From assembly GCA_023511675.1 (NCBI GenBank), contig JAIMBC010000002.1, positions 1 to 57,099 of the forward strand: 57,099 nt of DNA. The letters run 5' to 3'. The position numbers were made by a program, and so were the translations under genes. Of the stretch, positions 16,924 through 26,600 are shown piece after piece. Origin of the DNA: Pirellulales bacterium (lineage in GTDB: Bacteria; Planctomycetota; Planctomycetia; Pirellulales; JAIMBC01). Numbering within the stretch: the first letter of the stretch is position 1; each line of letters begins with the position of its first letter. The notes under the pieces were generated by a model, which worked only from the letters and a program-made list of their open reading frames with translations, was not told where the DNA came from and did not search any database.

Positions 16924-17730
16924 ATGAGCGTGCAAACGCTGTACACCGCAGCGACGGGAATGAGGTCGCTGGAAACGAAACTGGATGTGATTGCCAATAA
17001 TCTGGCCAACGTCAACACCACGGCGTTCAAGCGCGGCCGGGCCAACTTCGAAGATCTCGTCTACCGGCACATCAAGCTGCCCGGCAGCCAGGATGCCAAC
17101 TCGAACTTCAGCCCCACGGGCATCTCGGTGGGGCTAGGCTCGCGCGTGCAGAGCATCCAAACCGACTTCACGCAGGGTGCGGCCAGCCAGACGAATGGGC
17201 GGCTGGACGTGGCCATCGAGGGGCCGGGATTCTTCCAGGTCACGGACCCTTCAGGCATCATTTTGTACACGCGGGCAGGAAATTTCTCCGTGAATGCCAA
17301 CGGACAGTTGGTGGTCGGCTCCGCGACGGTGGGGCGGGTGCTGGAGCCGCCCATCCAGATTCCGCAAGATGCCGTGGGCATCGTGATCGGTGCTGATGGG
17401 TTGGTGCAGATCCAGCAAGCAGGCCAGACGCAGTTCTTGCAAGCTGGCCAGATCCAGCTTGTGAACTTCATCAACCCAGAGGGCTTGCTGAAACTGGGTG
17501 AAAACCTGTACCAGGACACGCCCGCCTCAGGGCCGCCCGTGGTTACGGCCAACCCGGGGACGGAGGGCTTGGGTGTGCTGCGGCAGGGATCGCTGGAGTT
17601 GTCCAACGTCGAACCGGTCACGGAGCTGATCGATCTGATCACCACGCAACGTGCCTTCGAGCTGAACTCCCAGGCCGTGCAGGCGGGCGATCAGATCTTG
17701 CAGCTTGTGGCGAATTTGAGGCGATTCTAG
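16924..17730 (+). CDS. flgG: Flagellar basal-body distal rod protein FlgG
   Basis: 268 aa starting MSVQTLYTAATGMRSLETKLDVIANNLANVNTTAFKR and ending LELSNVEPVTELIDLITTQRAFELNSQ. An AAGGAG Shine-Dalgarno sequence lies 7 nt upstream of the ATG. Confidence 0.9.
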   Translation: MSVQTLYTAATGMRSLETKLDVIANNLANVNTTAFKRGRANFEDLVYRHIKLPGSQDANSNFSPTGISVGLGSRVQSIQTDFTQGAASQTNGRLDVAIEGPGFFQVTDPSGIILYTRAGNFSVNANGQLVVGSATVGRVLEPPIQIPQDAVGIVIGADGLVQIQQAGQTQFLQAGQIQLVNFINPEGLLKLGENLYQDTPASGPPVVTANPGTEGLGVLRQGSLELSNVEPVTELIDLITTQRAFELNSQAVQAGDQILQLVANLRRF

Positions 17731-17742
17731 GGGAGATAAGCG

Positions 17743-19260
17743 GTGAGGCAGTGCCTGCGAGAGCTGCTGGCGGCCCCAGAGTTAGGGAGACGGGCAGGGC
17801 GGCGGGCCGGCGGCGTGGTCCGTGTGCTGGCGGCGAACTGCCTGTTGCTCTGCCCGGCCGTTCCCGCGGCGGGCGCCGAGGTGCGTCTGCGCGCCGAGTG
17901 CTCCATGGCATCGCCCATCGTGCGGCTGGGAGACGTGGCCGACATCGTCTCAGCCGATTCGGAGGAAGCAGCCGCGCTGGCGCAACTGGAGCTATTTGCC
18001 GCCCCGCCCCCTGGGCGGCCGCGGCATTTGACGGCCCGAGACATCCACGAAGTGCTGGCCCTCTCCGGACACGACCTGCGGAAGGTACGTTTGTCTGGCG
18101 CGGCGAGCATTGCTGTCTCCACGGCACCACCCTCGGCCGACTCGCGCAAGCAGGCGCCGCCAAGCGACTCGTCGCCGCGCAGGGGCCAAGAGCTGATCGA
18201 ACAGGCCTTGCGCCGGGCACTCGCCGCGCAATTCGGGCTGCATGGCTGGGAACTCACCTGGGACCAGCAAGCTGCGGCAGCAGTGGCAGCGGCCCGCCCG
18301 GGTGCTAGTGTGCAGATCCTCACCATGACCCCCCTCGATCGGGCCGAGGGTGGCGATGCCGAGACCGCGCTGACAGCAGGAGAGGTAGCTCCCGCCGCTG
18401 CGGCGGCCGACGGCTCAGCCCCCAGCCGGCAAGAAGTTGATGCTGTGTCGGCAGCCCGCACCGCCAGGCGGCCGAACCCCGTACCGGAATATTCCCACAG
18501 CCCCATCGACTTTTCGGTTCGGCTCCACATTTCCATCGGCGAGACCGCATCGACCCACGACCTCCTGCTACGTGCTACCCCCCCCTCGACGGTGGTTGTG
18601 GCGAGGCGGACCCTTGCGCCCGGCACCCTGATCACGCCGGCCGACGTGGAACTGTCCCACGCACCGTCACGCATTCCTCACCTGCGAGCATCTCCAGCAG
18701 CGGCGGAGCTATCGGCTGTGTCTCACTCCTCGAATCGTTCAAAATCCCTTTCTCGAACAACGCTGGGCAGCAGCCCAAGCGGTACCGCCGGCGCACAGGT
18801 ACTGGGATGGGATGAGTGCCTGGGAAAAGAAACCACGCGCACGATCGCCGCCGGCCAGGTACTCACCGCAGATGCGCTGCGGGAGCCGCTGCTCGTCAAA
18901 CGAGGGGAGGCGGTGACCGTGTATGCCCGCTCGCATGGCGTGGTGGTGCGCTTGACCGGGCGAGCACTGGACTCCGGCAGCCGCGGCAGCCTGGTTTCCG
19001 TCGAATCCCTCGAGAATCGGCAGCGGTTTCTGGCGCGTGTGTCGGGCATGCAGCAGGTGGTCGTGGACGCCGAACCTCAGGTCGGCGAAGTTGACGCCGC
19101 GGCCCCCTCCGCAGCCTCGGCCACAACCACGCCCGAGCAGCTTGGCTCCCAGACCAGCGGCACCTCTCCAGAACCAAGCCGTGCCGGGGCGGCTGGTCCC
19201 AGCCGTTCACCGCGTTCATATCGCGTCCGCCTGTCCAGTGACAAGGAGCCGCGTTCATGA
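17743..19260 (+). CDS. flgA: Flagellar P-ring assembly chaperone FlgA, unusually long (505 aa)
   Basis: GTG start after GGGGAG. The N-domain is IVRLGDVADIVSADSEEAAALAQLELFAAPPPGRPRHLTARDI. A SAF/FlgA C-domain is present (GQVLTADALREPLLVKRGEAVTVYARSHGVVVRLTGRALDSGSRGSLVSVESLENRQRF). Long Ala/Pro/Ser-rich inserts and a tail account for the extra length. It lies between flgG and flgH. Confidence 0.7.
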   Translation: MRQCLRELLAAPELGRRAGRRAGGVVRVLAANCLLLCPAVPAAGAEVRLRAECSMASPIVRLGDVADIVSADSEEAAALAQLELFAAPPPGRPRHLTARDIHEVLALSGHDLRKVRLSGAASIAVSTAPPSADSRKQAPPSDSSPRRGQELIEQALRRALAAQFGLHGWELTWDQQAAAAVAAARPGASVQILTMTPLDRAEGGDAETALTAGEVAPAAAAADGSAPSRQEVDAVSAARTARRPNPVPEYSHSPIDFSVRLHISIGETASTHDLLLRATPPSTVVVARRTLAPGTLITPADVELSHAPSRIPHLRASPAAAELSAVSHSSNRSKSLSRTTLGSSPSGTAGAQVLGWDECLGKETTRTIAAGQVLTADALREPLLVKRGEAVTVYARSHGVVVRLTGRALDSGSRGSLVSVESLENRQRFLARVSGMQQVVVDAEPQVGEVDAAAPSAASATTTPEQLGSQTSGTSPEPSRAGAAGPSRSPRSYRVRLSSDKEPRS

Positions 19261-19925
19261 CTTTTCGGAAGGTACTGTGTTGTCTGCCTGTCCTGGGCCT
19301 CTGTCTGGCGGCCCCGCCCGCTCGGGCACAAAGCTCCAGCTTGTATGGAGAGGCCGGCCAGCGGCGGCCGCTACGGCTCTCCGATTCGTCGTGGTACTAT
19401 CTCGAGCCCGAGCCTCCCCGCGCCATCCAGAAGTACGATCTGGTGACCGTGATCGTCAAGGAGGCCACCCAGTTTGTCAGCGAAGGGGAGATCAATCGCC
19501 GTACGCAGTCGAACGTCGATGCCCGCCTGCGAGACTGGATCAAGCTGGATGGTACGGACATTACGCCCGCACCCCAGACCTCTGGCGATCCGCGTGCGCG
19601 GGCCAGCCTCGACAGTCAGATCCGCACGCAGTCGGAACTGGAAACCCGGGACGGTTTGCAGTTTCGTATCACGGCCACCGTGGTTGACATCCGCCCCAAC
19701 GGCCTGCTGGTGCTCGAGGCGCACAAGCGCACCAAGGTGAATAACGAAGAGTCGATCCAGATCCTCTCCGGCATCGTTAGGCCCGAGGATGTGCTTCCCA
19801 ATAACACGGTGCTCAGCGAGCGGATCGCCGAGCTGCGGATTGACAAGAAAGAGGCGGGCCATATCCGAGACGCCTATCGGCGGGGCTGGTTGATCAAGTG
19901 GCTCGACAAGGTGCGGCCTTTCTGA
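19257..19925 (+). CDS. flgH: Flagellar L-ring protein FlgH
   Basis: 222 aa with a signal/lipobox-like VLGLCLAAPPARAQ. FlgH core segments are LVTVIVKE and ITATVVDIRPNGLLVLEAHKRTKVNNEESIQILSGIVRPEDV. There is an ATGA overlap with flgA and an AAGGAG Shine-Dalgarno sequence. Confidence 0.9.
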   Translation: MTFRKVLCCLPVLGLCLAAPPARAQSSSLYGEAGQRRPLRLSDSSWYYLEPEPPRAIQKYDLVTVIVKEATQFVSEGEINRRTQSNVDARLRDWIKLDGTDITPAPQTSGDPRARASLDSQIRTQSELETRDGLQFRITATVVDIRPNGLLVLEAHKRTKVNNEESIQILSGIVRPEDVLPNNTVLSERIAELRIDKKEAGHIRDAYRRGWLIKWLDKVRPF

Positions 19926-19928
19926 GCC

Positions 19929-21086
19929 ATGCCTACCCTTGCAAGAGACAAGAGGAGCACGAAGATGGTCTGTCGCCGGATCGGCATCTGGATCTTGCTC
20001 GCGTGGTGTGCCGTGCCTGCCCGGGCGCAGACGCGTCTCAAGGACATTTGCCGCGTGAAGGGACAGGAGGAGAACACCCTCCACGGCCTGGGCCTGGTGG
20101 TGGGCTTAAAGGGCACCGGGGACGGGGCAAATTTCCTCCCAACGTTGCGGGGCCTGGCCGAAGCATTGCAGCAGATGGGCAATCCGCTGGGAGAGGGCAA
20201 GATCGCCGAACTGAAGGATGCCAAGAACGTGGCCCTGGTGCTGGTGACAGCCACGGTCGGGCCGGCAGGCAACTTGCAGGGCGACAAGATCGATTGCAGC
20301 GTGAGCGCCATTGCGGCCAAGAGCCTGGCGGGCGGAAGGCTGTTTCTCACCCCCCTGGTCGGACCTCAGGCCGGCAGCGACCGAGTGTACGCCTTCGCCG
20401 AAGGCCCCATCACCCTGGACGATCCCAAGATCCCCACCACCGGCACCATCCATCGGGGTTGCCGCCTGGAGGAGGATTTTCGCAACGTATTTGTGAAGAA
20501 CCATACCATTACGCTGGTGCTCAACGAAGATCATGCAGACTTTGGCGTCGCCCACGAAGTGGCGGAGCTGATCAACAGCACCTACCAGGGGATTGCGTCC
20601 CAACCGCGGCGGCTGGTGCAACGGCCCGGCGTACGCCAGGCCGCCGCCGAGTGGTCCGGAGAGGGAGAAGGAGACATCGCCCGCGCCATCAATCAGCTTT
20701 ACATCGAGGTGCAGCTTCCCCAGCCCTACCGCACCCGCCCCACGGAGTTCGTGGCCGAGATCATGGGACTGGTACTGATCACACCGCCCCAGACCGAGGC
20801 GCGGGTGGTGATCCGCGAGCGGCAGGGGAGCATCGTCATCGGCGGCGACGTGGAAATCGGCCCCGTGCTCGTTACCCACAAGAATGTGGTCATCGACACC
20901 ACGGGTGGCGCGGGGCCGGGTAGCGACACCTGGTTCGCCATCGACCCCGGCCAGCGCGGTGCGAGCAAGCTTTCGGCCCTTGTGGCGGCACTGAATGCCG
21001 TGAAAGTACCCCCTGCGGACATCATCGATATCATCAAGGCCCTGGAACGCAACGGCAAACTGCACGGGCACCTGATCATCGAGTAA
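19929..21086 (+). CDS. flgI: Flagellar P-ring protein FlgI
   Basis: 385 aa with a signal peptide (IWILLAWCAVPARAQ). Conserved segments include RLKDICRVKGQEENTLHGLGLVVGLKGTGD, VATVGPAGN, RERQGSIVIGGDV and LNAVKVPPADIIDIIKALERNGKLHGHLII. Confidence 0.9.
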   Translation: MPTLARDKRSTKMVCRRIGIWILLAWCAVPARAQTRLKDICRVKGQEENTLHGLGLVVGLKGTGDGANFLPTLRGLAEALQQMGNPLGEGKIAELKDAKNVALVLVTATVGPAGNLQGDKIDCSVSAIAAKSLAGGRLFLTPLVGPQAGSDRVYAFAEGPITLDDPKIPTTGTIHRGCRLEEDFRNVFVKNHTITLVLNEDHADFGVAHEVAELINSTYQGIASQPRRLVQRPGVRQAAAEWSGEGEGDIARAINQLYIEVQLPQPYRTRPTEFVAEIMGLVLITPPQTEARVVIRERQGSIVIGGDVEIGPVLVTHKNVVIDTTGGAGPGSDTWFAIDPGQRGASKLSALVAALNAVKVPPADIIDIIKALERNGKLHGHLIIE

Positions 21087-21088
21087 AC

Positions 21089-21463
21089 ATGCACGCGATC
21101 TGCTCTGCTCTCTCATCCTTGCCACCGCACGCCGGTGTTGCCGTGCCTGCCTCTCTGACAAGAGAGGCCGCCCAGGCAGCACAAACGGCCGGCCATGCCG
21201 ACGGACCATCCCCCCCGGCTCGGCAGGATGACGACTTGCGCCACGTGTTCGATGCCTTTGTGGGAGAGACCTTCTTCGCTCAGATGCTGGCCGCCATGCG
21301 CAAAACGCTGGGCGAACCGGCATACTTCCATGGAGGACAGGGCGAGCGGGTGTTTCAAACCCAGCTCGATCGCCTCCTCGCGGAGCGGCTCGCTCGGTCC
21401 ACCGGCGGGCAGCTTAGCGGCAAGCTCTACGAACTGTTCCAGCTTCAAAGGCCGGGAGCCTGA
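21089..21463 (+). CDS. Rod-binding protein (FlgJ N-terminal-domain-like, no muramidase domain)
   Basis: 124 aa. FDAFVGETFFAQMLAAMRKTL...GGQGERVFQTQLDRLLAERLARSTGGQLSGKLYE matches the rod-binding domain pattern. It sits in the flgJ position, after flgI. Confidence 0.7.
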   Translation: MHAICSALSSLPPHAGVAVPASLTREAAQAAQTAGHADGPSPPARQDDDLRHVFDAFVGETFFAQMLAAMRKTLGEPAYFHGGQGERVFQTQLDRLLAERLARSTGGQLSGKLYELFQLQRPGA

Positions 21464-21465
21464 CC

Positions 21466-21948
21466 ATGGGGTCTTTGGACCTTGAGTTGACCAGCCTGCT
21501 GAACGAACTCTCCGGCGCGCAGGACGAACTGCTGCAATTGCTTGCACGCAAGCACCGCTTGCTCGCCGCCGGCGACCTGGCGGGCCTGCAGGCCATGCAA
21601 CCTCAAGAAGAGGCCCTGGCGGCACGCCTGCAAGCATGCCACCAGCGTCGAACCGCACTGCTGGCCGAGGCTGCCGCACAGGGATTGCCCTCTCAGAACC
21701 TGCGGACCCTCAGTACCGCCTTGTCCTCAGAAGAGCAACGCCGCCTCAAACCGCAGTTTGCCCAGGCTGCGCAACGCATGCAGCTTCTCAGGCATCACAG
21801 CCTGGCAAACTGGGTTCTGGTCCAACGGACGCTGCTACATCTCGCCCAGTTGCTAGAGATTCTTGCTACTGGCGGCCGGCAATGTCCGACATATAGCAAG
21901 ACGGAGCCGCACCATCCTGGCGGCTCGCTGATGGACCAGGCAGCCTAG
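21466..21948 (+). CDS. FlgN-like flagellar export chaperone
   Basis: 160 aa and helical. LLNELSGAQDELLQLLARKHRLLAAGDLAGLQAMQPQEEALAARL...HHSLANWVLVQRTLLHLAQLL fits the FlgN family pattern. It lies directly upstream of flgK and flgL, the usual FlgN clients. Confidence 0.55.
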   Translation: MGSLDLELTSLLNELSGAQDELLQLLARKHRLLAAGDLAGLQAMQPQEEALAARLQACHQRRTALLAEAAAQGLPSQNLRTLSTALSSEEQRRLKPQFAQAAQRMQLLRHHSLANWVLVQRTLLHLAQLLEILATGGRQCPTYSKTEPHHPGGSLMDQAA

Positions 21949-21988
21949 CCCGCGCCGAGGCAGCGACGCGGGCCCGTGGGACCCGCAG

Positions 21989-23686
21989 ATGTCGCTTTCC
22001 AGTACGCTACAAATCGCCGGCAATGCGCTGGCCGCGCAGCAGATCGCGCTGCAGGTGATCGGCCAGAACATCGCCAACGCGGCCACGCCGGGCTACTCCC
22101 GCGAAGAGGCCTTGCTCACACCGGCGCCCGTGCAGCGATTCGGCCGGCTGACGCTTGGCCTGGGCGTGCGTGTTCTGGGCGTGGTCCACCGTGTCGACGA
22201 GTTCCTGAACCAGCGGCTGCGCCGCGCCACCAGCGACCGTATCGACAGTGAGGTGCGCGAGCAGACGTGGCTGGAACTCGAGCAGGTGCTCGGAGAGCTG
22301 TCGGAAACGGATCTGAGCACGGCACTGACCCGCTTTTTCGGCGCCATCCACAATGTGCTGAACCAGCCGGAGAGCGTCTCGGTGCGTGCCATGGCGGTGC
22401 TGGAGGGGCAGTCACTGACTCTTCAGATCAACCGCCTTGCCCAGAGGGTGGGAGACATCCGCAACGATGTCAACACGCGTATCGTCAACATGGCGGGCGA
22501 CGTGAATCGCTTGCTGGCCGAAATAGCCCGGCTGAATGTACAAATCGCTACCACGGAAGGCGGTACTGCCTTTGCCAGCGAGGCGGTGGGCTTGCGGGAT
22601 CAGCGGAACGTGGCTCTGCGCAAGCTCTCTGAACTGATCGAGATCCAAACCCAGGAGCAAGCCAGCGGCGCGGTGAATGTGTTCGCCAACGGAGACTTTC
22701 TGGTCTTCGAAGGGACGCACCGCACCGTAACGGCTGTGTATTCGCCAAGCAGCGGCTTTTCCGCTGCGTCGCTCAACGTGGCGGAACTCGATGCCCCGCT
22801 TGGCCGGGGCACCGGAAAACTGGCGGGACTGCTGGCAGCCCGGGACGAAATCCTCGGCAGCTTTTTAGACAAGCTGGACGCCTTCGCCTCTACGCTGGCC
22901 TTCGAGTTCAACAAGCTGTACTCCCGCGGCCAGGGCCTGACAGGATACACACAGCTTACCAGCGAGCGGGCCGTCAACTCAGCCGCCGCGCCCCTCGATG
23001 CGGCCGGCCTGCCGTTTCTGCCTGTCAGCGGCATGTTCCAGGTGCTGATCCGCGACCAGCAGACCGGCGTGACCCGTACCCACGACGTGCGGGTCAAACT
23101 GAACGGTCTCAATTCGGACACGACGCTGAACGATCTGGCTGCCCGACTCGCGTCCATCGATGGCCTCTCTGCCTCCGTCGATGCCGAGGGACGCCTGACC
23201 ATCTCGGCCGCGTCGGCCAACGTCGCGTTTGCCTTCGCCAACGACACGAGCGGGCTGCTGGCCGCGCTGGGGTTAAACGTCTTTTTCTCCGGGACCACGG
23301 CCAGGGATCTGGGCGTAAGCAGCGTGGTGTCTTCCGCGCCGGCGACCTTTGCCGCCAGCAACACCGGGCTGGGGGCCGGCACGGGCAATGCCGTGGAGCT
23401 GGCGCGCTTCCCAGAACAGGCCCTCAGCAGCGCTGATGGGGACACCCTGTTTACGCTTCACGACCGTCTCAATGCCAACGTCACGCAGGGCGCCAGCGTG
23501 GCGCGGGCGGTGGCTGAGGGACTGCGCTCCTTTGAGCAGACGCTGGAGGGGCAGCAGTTGGCTACCAGCGGCGTCAGCCTGGACGAGGAGGCGATCAAGC
23601 TGATGACCCATCAGCGGGCCTTTCAGGCGGCGGCACGCTTTGTCACGGTGATCGACGAGCTGCTGCGGCTGCTGGTCGAACTGTAG
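21989..23686 (+). CDS. flgK: Flagellar hook-associated protein 1 FlgK
   Basis: 565 aa. N-terminus is MSLSSTLQIAGNALAAQQIALQVIGQNIANAATPGYSREEA. C-terminus is SGVSLDEEAIKLMTHQRAFQAAARFVTVIDELLRLLVEL. Confidence 0.9.
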   Translation: MSLSSTLQIAGNALAAQQIALQVIGQNIANAATPGYSREEALLTPAPVQRFGRLTLGLGVRVLGVVHRVDEFLNQRLRRATSDRIDSEVREQTWLELEQVLGELSETDLSTALTRFFGAIHNVLNQPESVSVRAMAVLEGQSLTLQINRLAQRVGDIRNDVNTRIVNMAGDVNRLLAEIARLNVQIATTEGGTAFASEAVGLRDQRNVALRKLSELIEIQTQEQASGAVNVFANGDFLVFEGTHRTVTAVYSPSSGFSAASLNVAELDAPLGRGTGKLAGLLAARDEILGSFLDKLDAFASTLAFEFNKLYSRGQGLTGYTQLTSERAVNSAAAPLDAAGLPFLPVSGMFQVLIRDQQTGVTRTHDVRVKLNGLNSDTTLNDLAARLASIDGLSASVDAEGRLTISAASANVAFAFANDTSGLLAALGLNVFFSGTTARDLGVSSVVSSAPATFAASNTGLGAGTGNAVELARFPEQALSSADGDTLFTLHDRLNANVTQGASVARAVAEGLRSFEQTLEGQQLATSGVSLDEEAIKLMTHQRAFQAAARFVTVIDELLRLLVEL

Positions 23687-23699
23687 TCCGAGGTGTCGC

Positions 23700-26600
23700 A
23701 TGACCGTAATCGGCGTTCCCACCAACCGCGTTAGCGATCTGTTTGTCAGCCAGCAGCTCACGCGTCGGGTGCAGGCCGACCAGCTTCAGCTCTTCAGCTT
23801 GCAGCGGTCGATCAGTACGGGCCGTCGGGTCAGCGTGCCGAGCGATGACGCACCGGCCGCCCTGCGCGCCACCGCCTTGCAGATGTTGCTGGAACGCAAG
23901 AGCCAGTACCTGACCAACCTGAAGATAGCCAATTCCTTCCATGCTGCCACAGACACCAGCCTGGCGGACGTCTCGACACTGCTGGCAGATATTCGGGGAG
24001 CCGCACTGTCCGTAGCGGATACCATCTCCAGCGACACGCAACGCCGCGCCATTGCGGAGCAGGTTCTGCAGGCGATCGAGCGCTTGCAGGCCGTGGGCAA
24101 CCGCGCCTTCCGCGGCCGCTATCTATTTGCCGGCTCCCTGGCGCAACAGGCGCCCTTTCGGGTCCGCGCGGATGGGCGCATCGCCTACGACGGAGATCGA
24201 GAGAAGCTGCGCACGTTCGGCGATACAGACCTGCTGTTTGAGATGAACGCCACCGGCGATGATGTATTTGGAGCCATCTCTGCGGCAGTACAGGGAACGG
24301 CCGACCTGGATCCCGCTCTCACGCCGGACACGCCTCTGGCAGCCCTGAACCTGGGCAGAGGCGTCCAGCTCGGCAGCGTGCGCGTCAGTGTGGGCACCAG
24401 CCAGCAAATCGTCGATCTCTCCAGCGCCGCCACCATCGGCGATGTGGCTCGCCTCCTGACCGCGAATCCACCTGCAGGAAGAACCATTTCCGCACGTGTG
24501 ACTCAGACGGGGCTAACCGTCGAGGCCGATGCCGCCGGCGGAGGCAGTCTCACGATCACCGAGGTCGGCAATGGCTCCACAGCACGGGACCTGGGTATTT
24601 TCCACAACCTCCCCACGGGTACCGGCCCTATCATCGGCGCCGACCTGAATCCGCGCCTGCTGCGCACGACCCCTCTGGCGAACATTCTGGGACGCAAGGC
24701 GGCTGCCATTTTGCCCGCTCTGGGTGCGAGCAACAACCTGCACATCGAGGCCCGCCAGAACGGCGCGGACTTCAATGGCGTTACCATCCAGCTTGTCGAT
24801 GACAATCGCTTGCAAGCCGCGCCGGGCCTCACGCCGGGCAACGAACGGGCTGTGTACAGCGAGATGGCAACCCCCGCCCGAGCATCGCTCAAGTTCGCCG
24901 GCGGGCGCAACGACCTGCTGCTTACCGCCGTCACGCCCGGCACAGCGTTCAACGGCGTGACGATCAGCGTCACCTCCACGCTCACCAGCGGTACGGCCAG
25001 CGCGGTCTACACCGCTGCCACCAAGACGCTGGCCATCAACCTGCGTTCCGATGGCTCCACGACGGCCAATGACGTGATGGCCGCGATTAACGCCACGGGC
25101 GTGTTCACCGCAGCGCTGGATACGTCTCTCGAGGTGGCGAACGATGGGACAGGGACCATTGCTGCCTTTACCAATGCCAGCTTTGCCAATACAGCAAACA
25201 CCGGCGGCGACGCCAAGACGCTGTTCGTCTATATCCAACCCGGTGCCACGACCGCGGCACAGGCCATGGCCGCTATCAATGCCACGAGCGAATTCTCAGC
25301 AGGGCTAGACATCGGGGAGCGCGACAACGACGGCAGCGGGACGCTGCTGGACGGCTTTTCAGACCCGGGGGCAACCGCGGTGACGTCGGGCGGCAGCGGC
25401 CGCAACCTCGACCGCGATGCGGGGCTGGAAATCCGGGTCGGTTCGCAGGTCTATCATATTGACCTGAGCGATGCGCAGACCATTGATGATCTGCTCAACC
25501 AGCTCAACCGCTCGGAGGCGGATGTGCTGGCGGAGATCAATGCCCAGGGGACGGGGATCAATATCCAAACGAGGGTCTCCGGCGTGGACTTCTCCATTGG
25601 CGAGCATGGTGGCACCACGGCCACGGACCTAGGCGTACGCTCCCTGACCGCCGCGACGAAGCTCGCCGAATTGAATCATGGCCTGGGAGTCCACATCTCG
25701 GGGGATATAGATTTCGTCATTCGGCGGAACGATGGCGTCGAGCTGGACATCAACCTGGCAGGGACGCAGACCATCGGCGACGTGCTCGATCGGATCAACA
25801 ACCACCCTGCCAATTCTACCGGCGCCCCCGTCGTGGCGCGCCTGTCCCGCTTTGGCAATGGCATCGAGCTGGCAAATGAAGGCCCGCCAGCGGGGAGCGA
25901 GTCCATCTCCTTAACAGTTGTCCGCAACAGCCAGGCGGCAGCCGATCTGGGGCTGCTGCCGGCTGGCGCCACTTCCAGTAGCGCTCCCCTGCCCGGCTCG
26001 CGGGCACAAGCCAGCTTCGATCCTGCTGGTGCCAATAACGGCTTCATTGTCCGTGCCACGGCGAACGGCAGCCTGCTCAACGATGTGACCGTCAGCTTTG
26101 TGGACACCGGTTTGGGGCCCGGCAATTCCACGGCCACCTACAACGTTGCGGCCAGGACGCTGGTCTTTGACATCGATCAGGCCACCGTGACGGCGGCCGA
26201 CCTCGCCGGCATTCTTGCCGCCAGCCCTTCTGCCTCGGCTCTGTTCGAAGTGGTGCTGGATCCAGCCGACGGCTCGCCCAACGATGGCAGCGGCCTGGTG
26301 GGACTGCCGCAGGCTGCCAGCCTGCAAGGCGGCGTCGCCGATGCGCTGGTGGGCAGCGATCCGAATCCCCAGGAGGCCAAGGGCCTGTTCACGGCCCTGT
26401 CGCGGCTGCACGATGCCCTGCAAAACGGAGACCTACTGGGCATCCAGCGAGCGATCGACTTGCTCGACGAAGGCTATACGCACCTCAACTTTGTCCGCGC
26501 GCGCATCGGCACGCAACAACAAGTGCTCGATGCATTGGAACAGCGCCTGGAGAATGAGCAAATCGAACTGCAGGCTTCACTTTCCGAGGAGATTGATGTG

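Noticed and set aside
16670-16927. 85-aa ORF filling the flgF-flgG spacer
   Set aside because: It is extremely Arg/His/Gln-rich (MPDHGARQQTRTRRHVRQRTRG...), has no Shine-Dalgarno sequence, and resembles no small flagellar protein.
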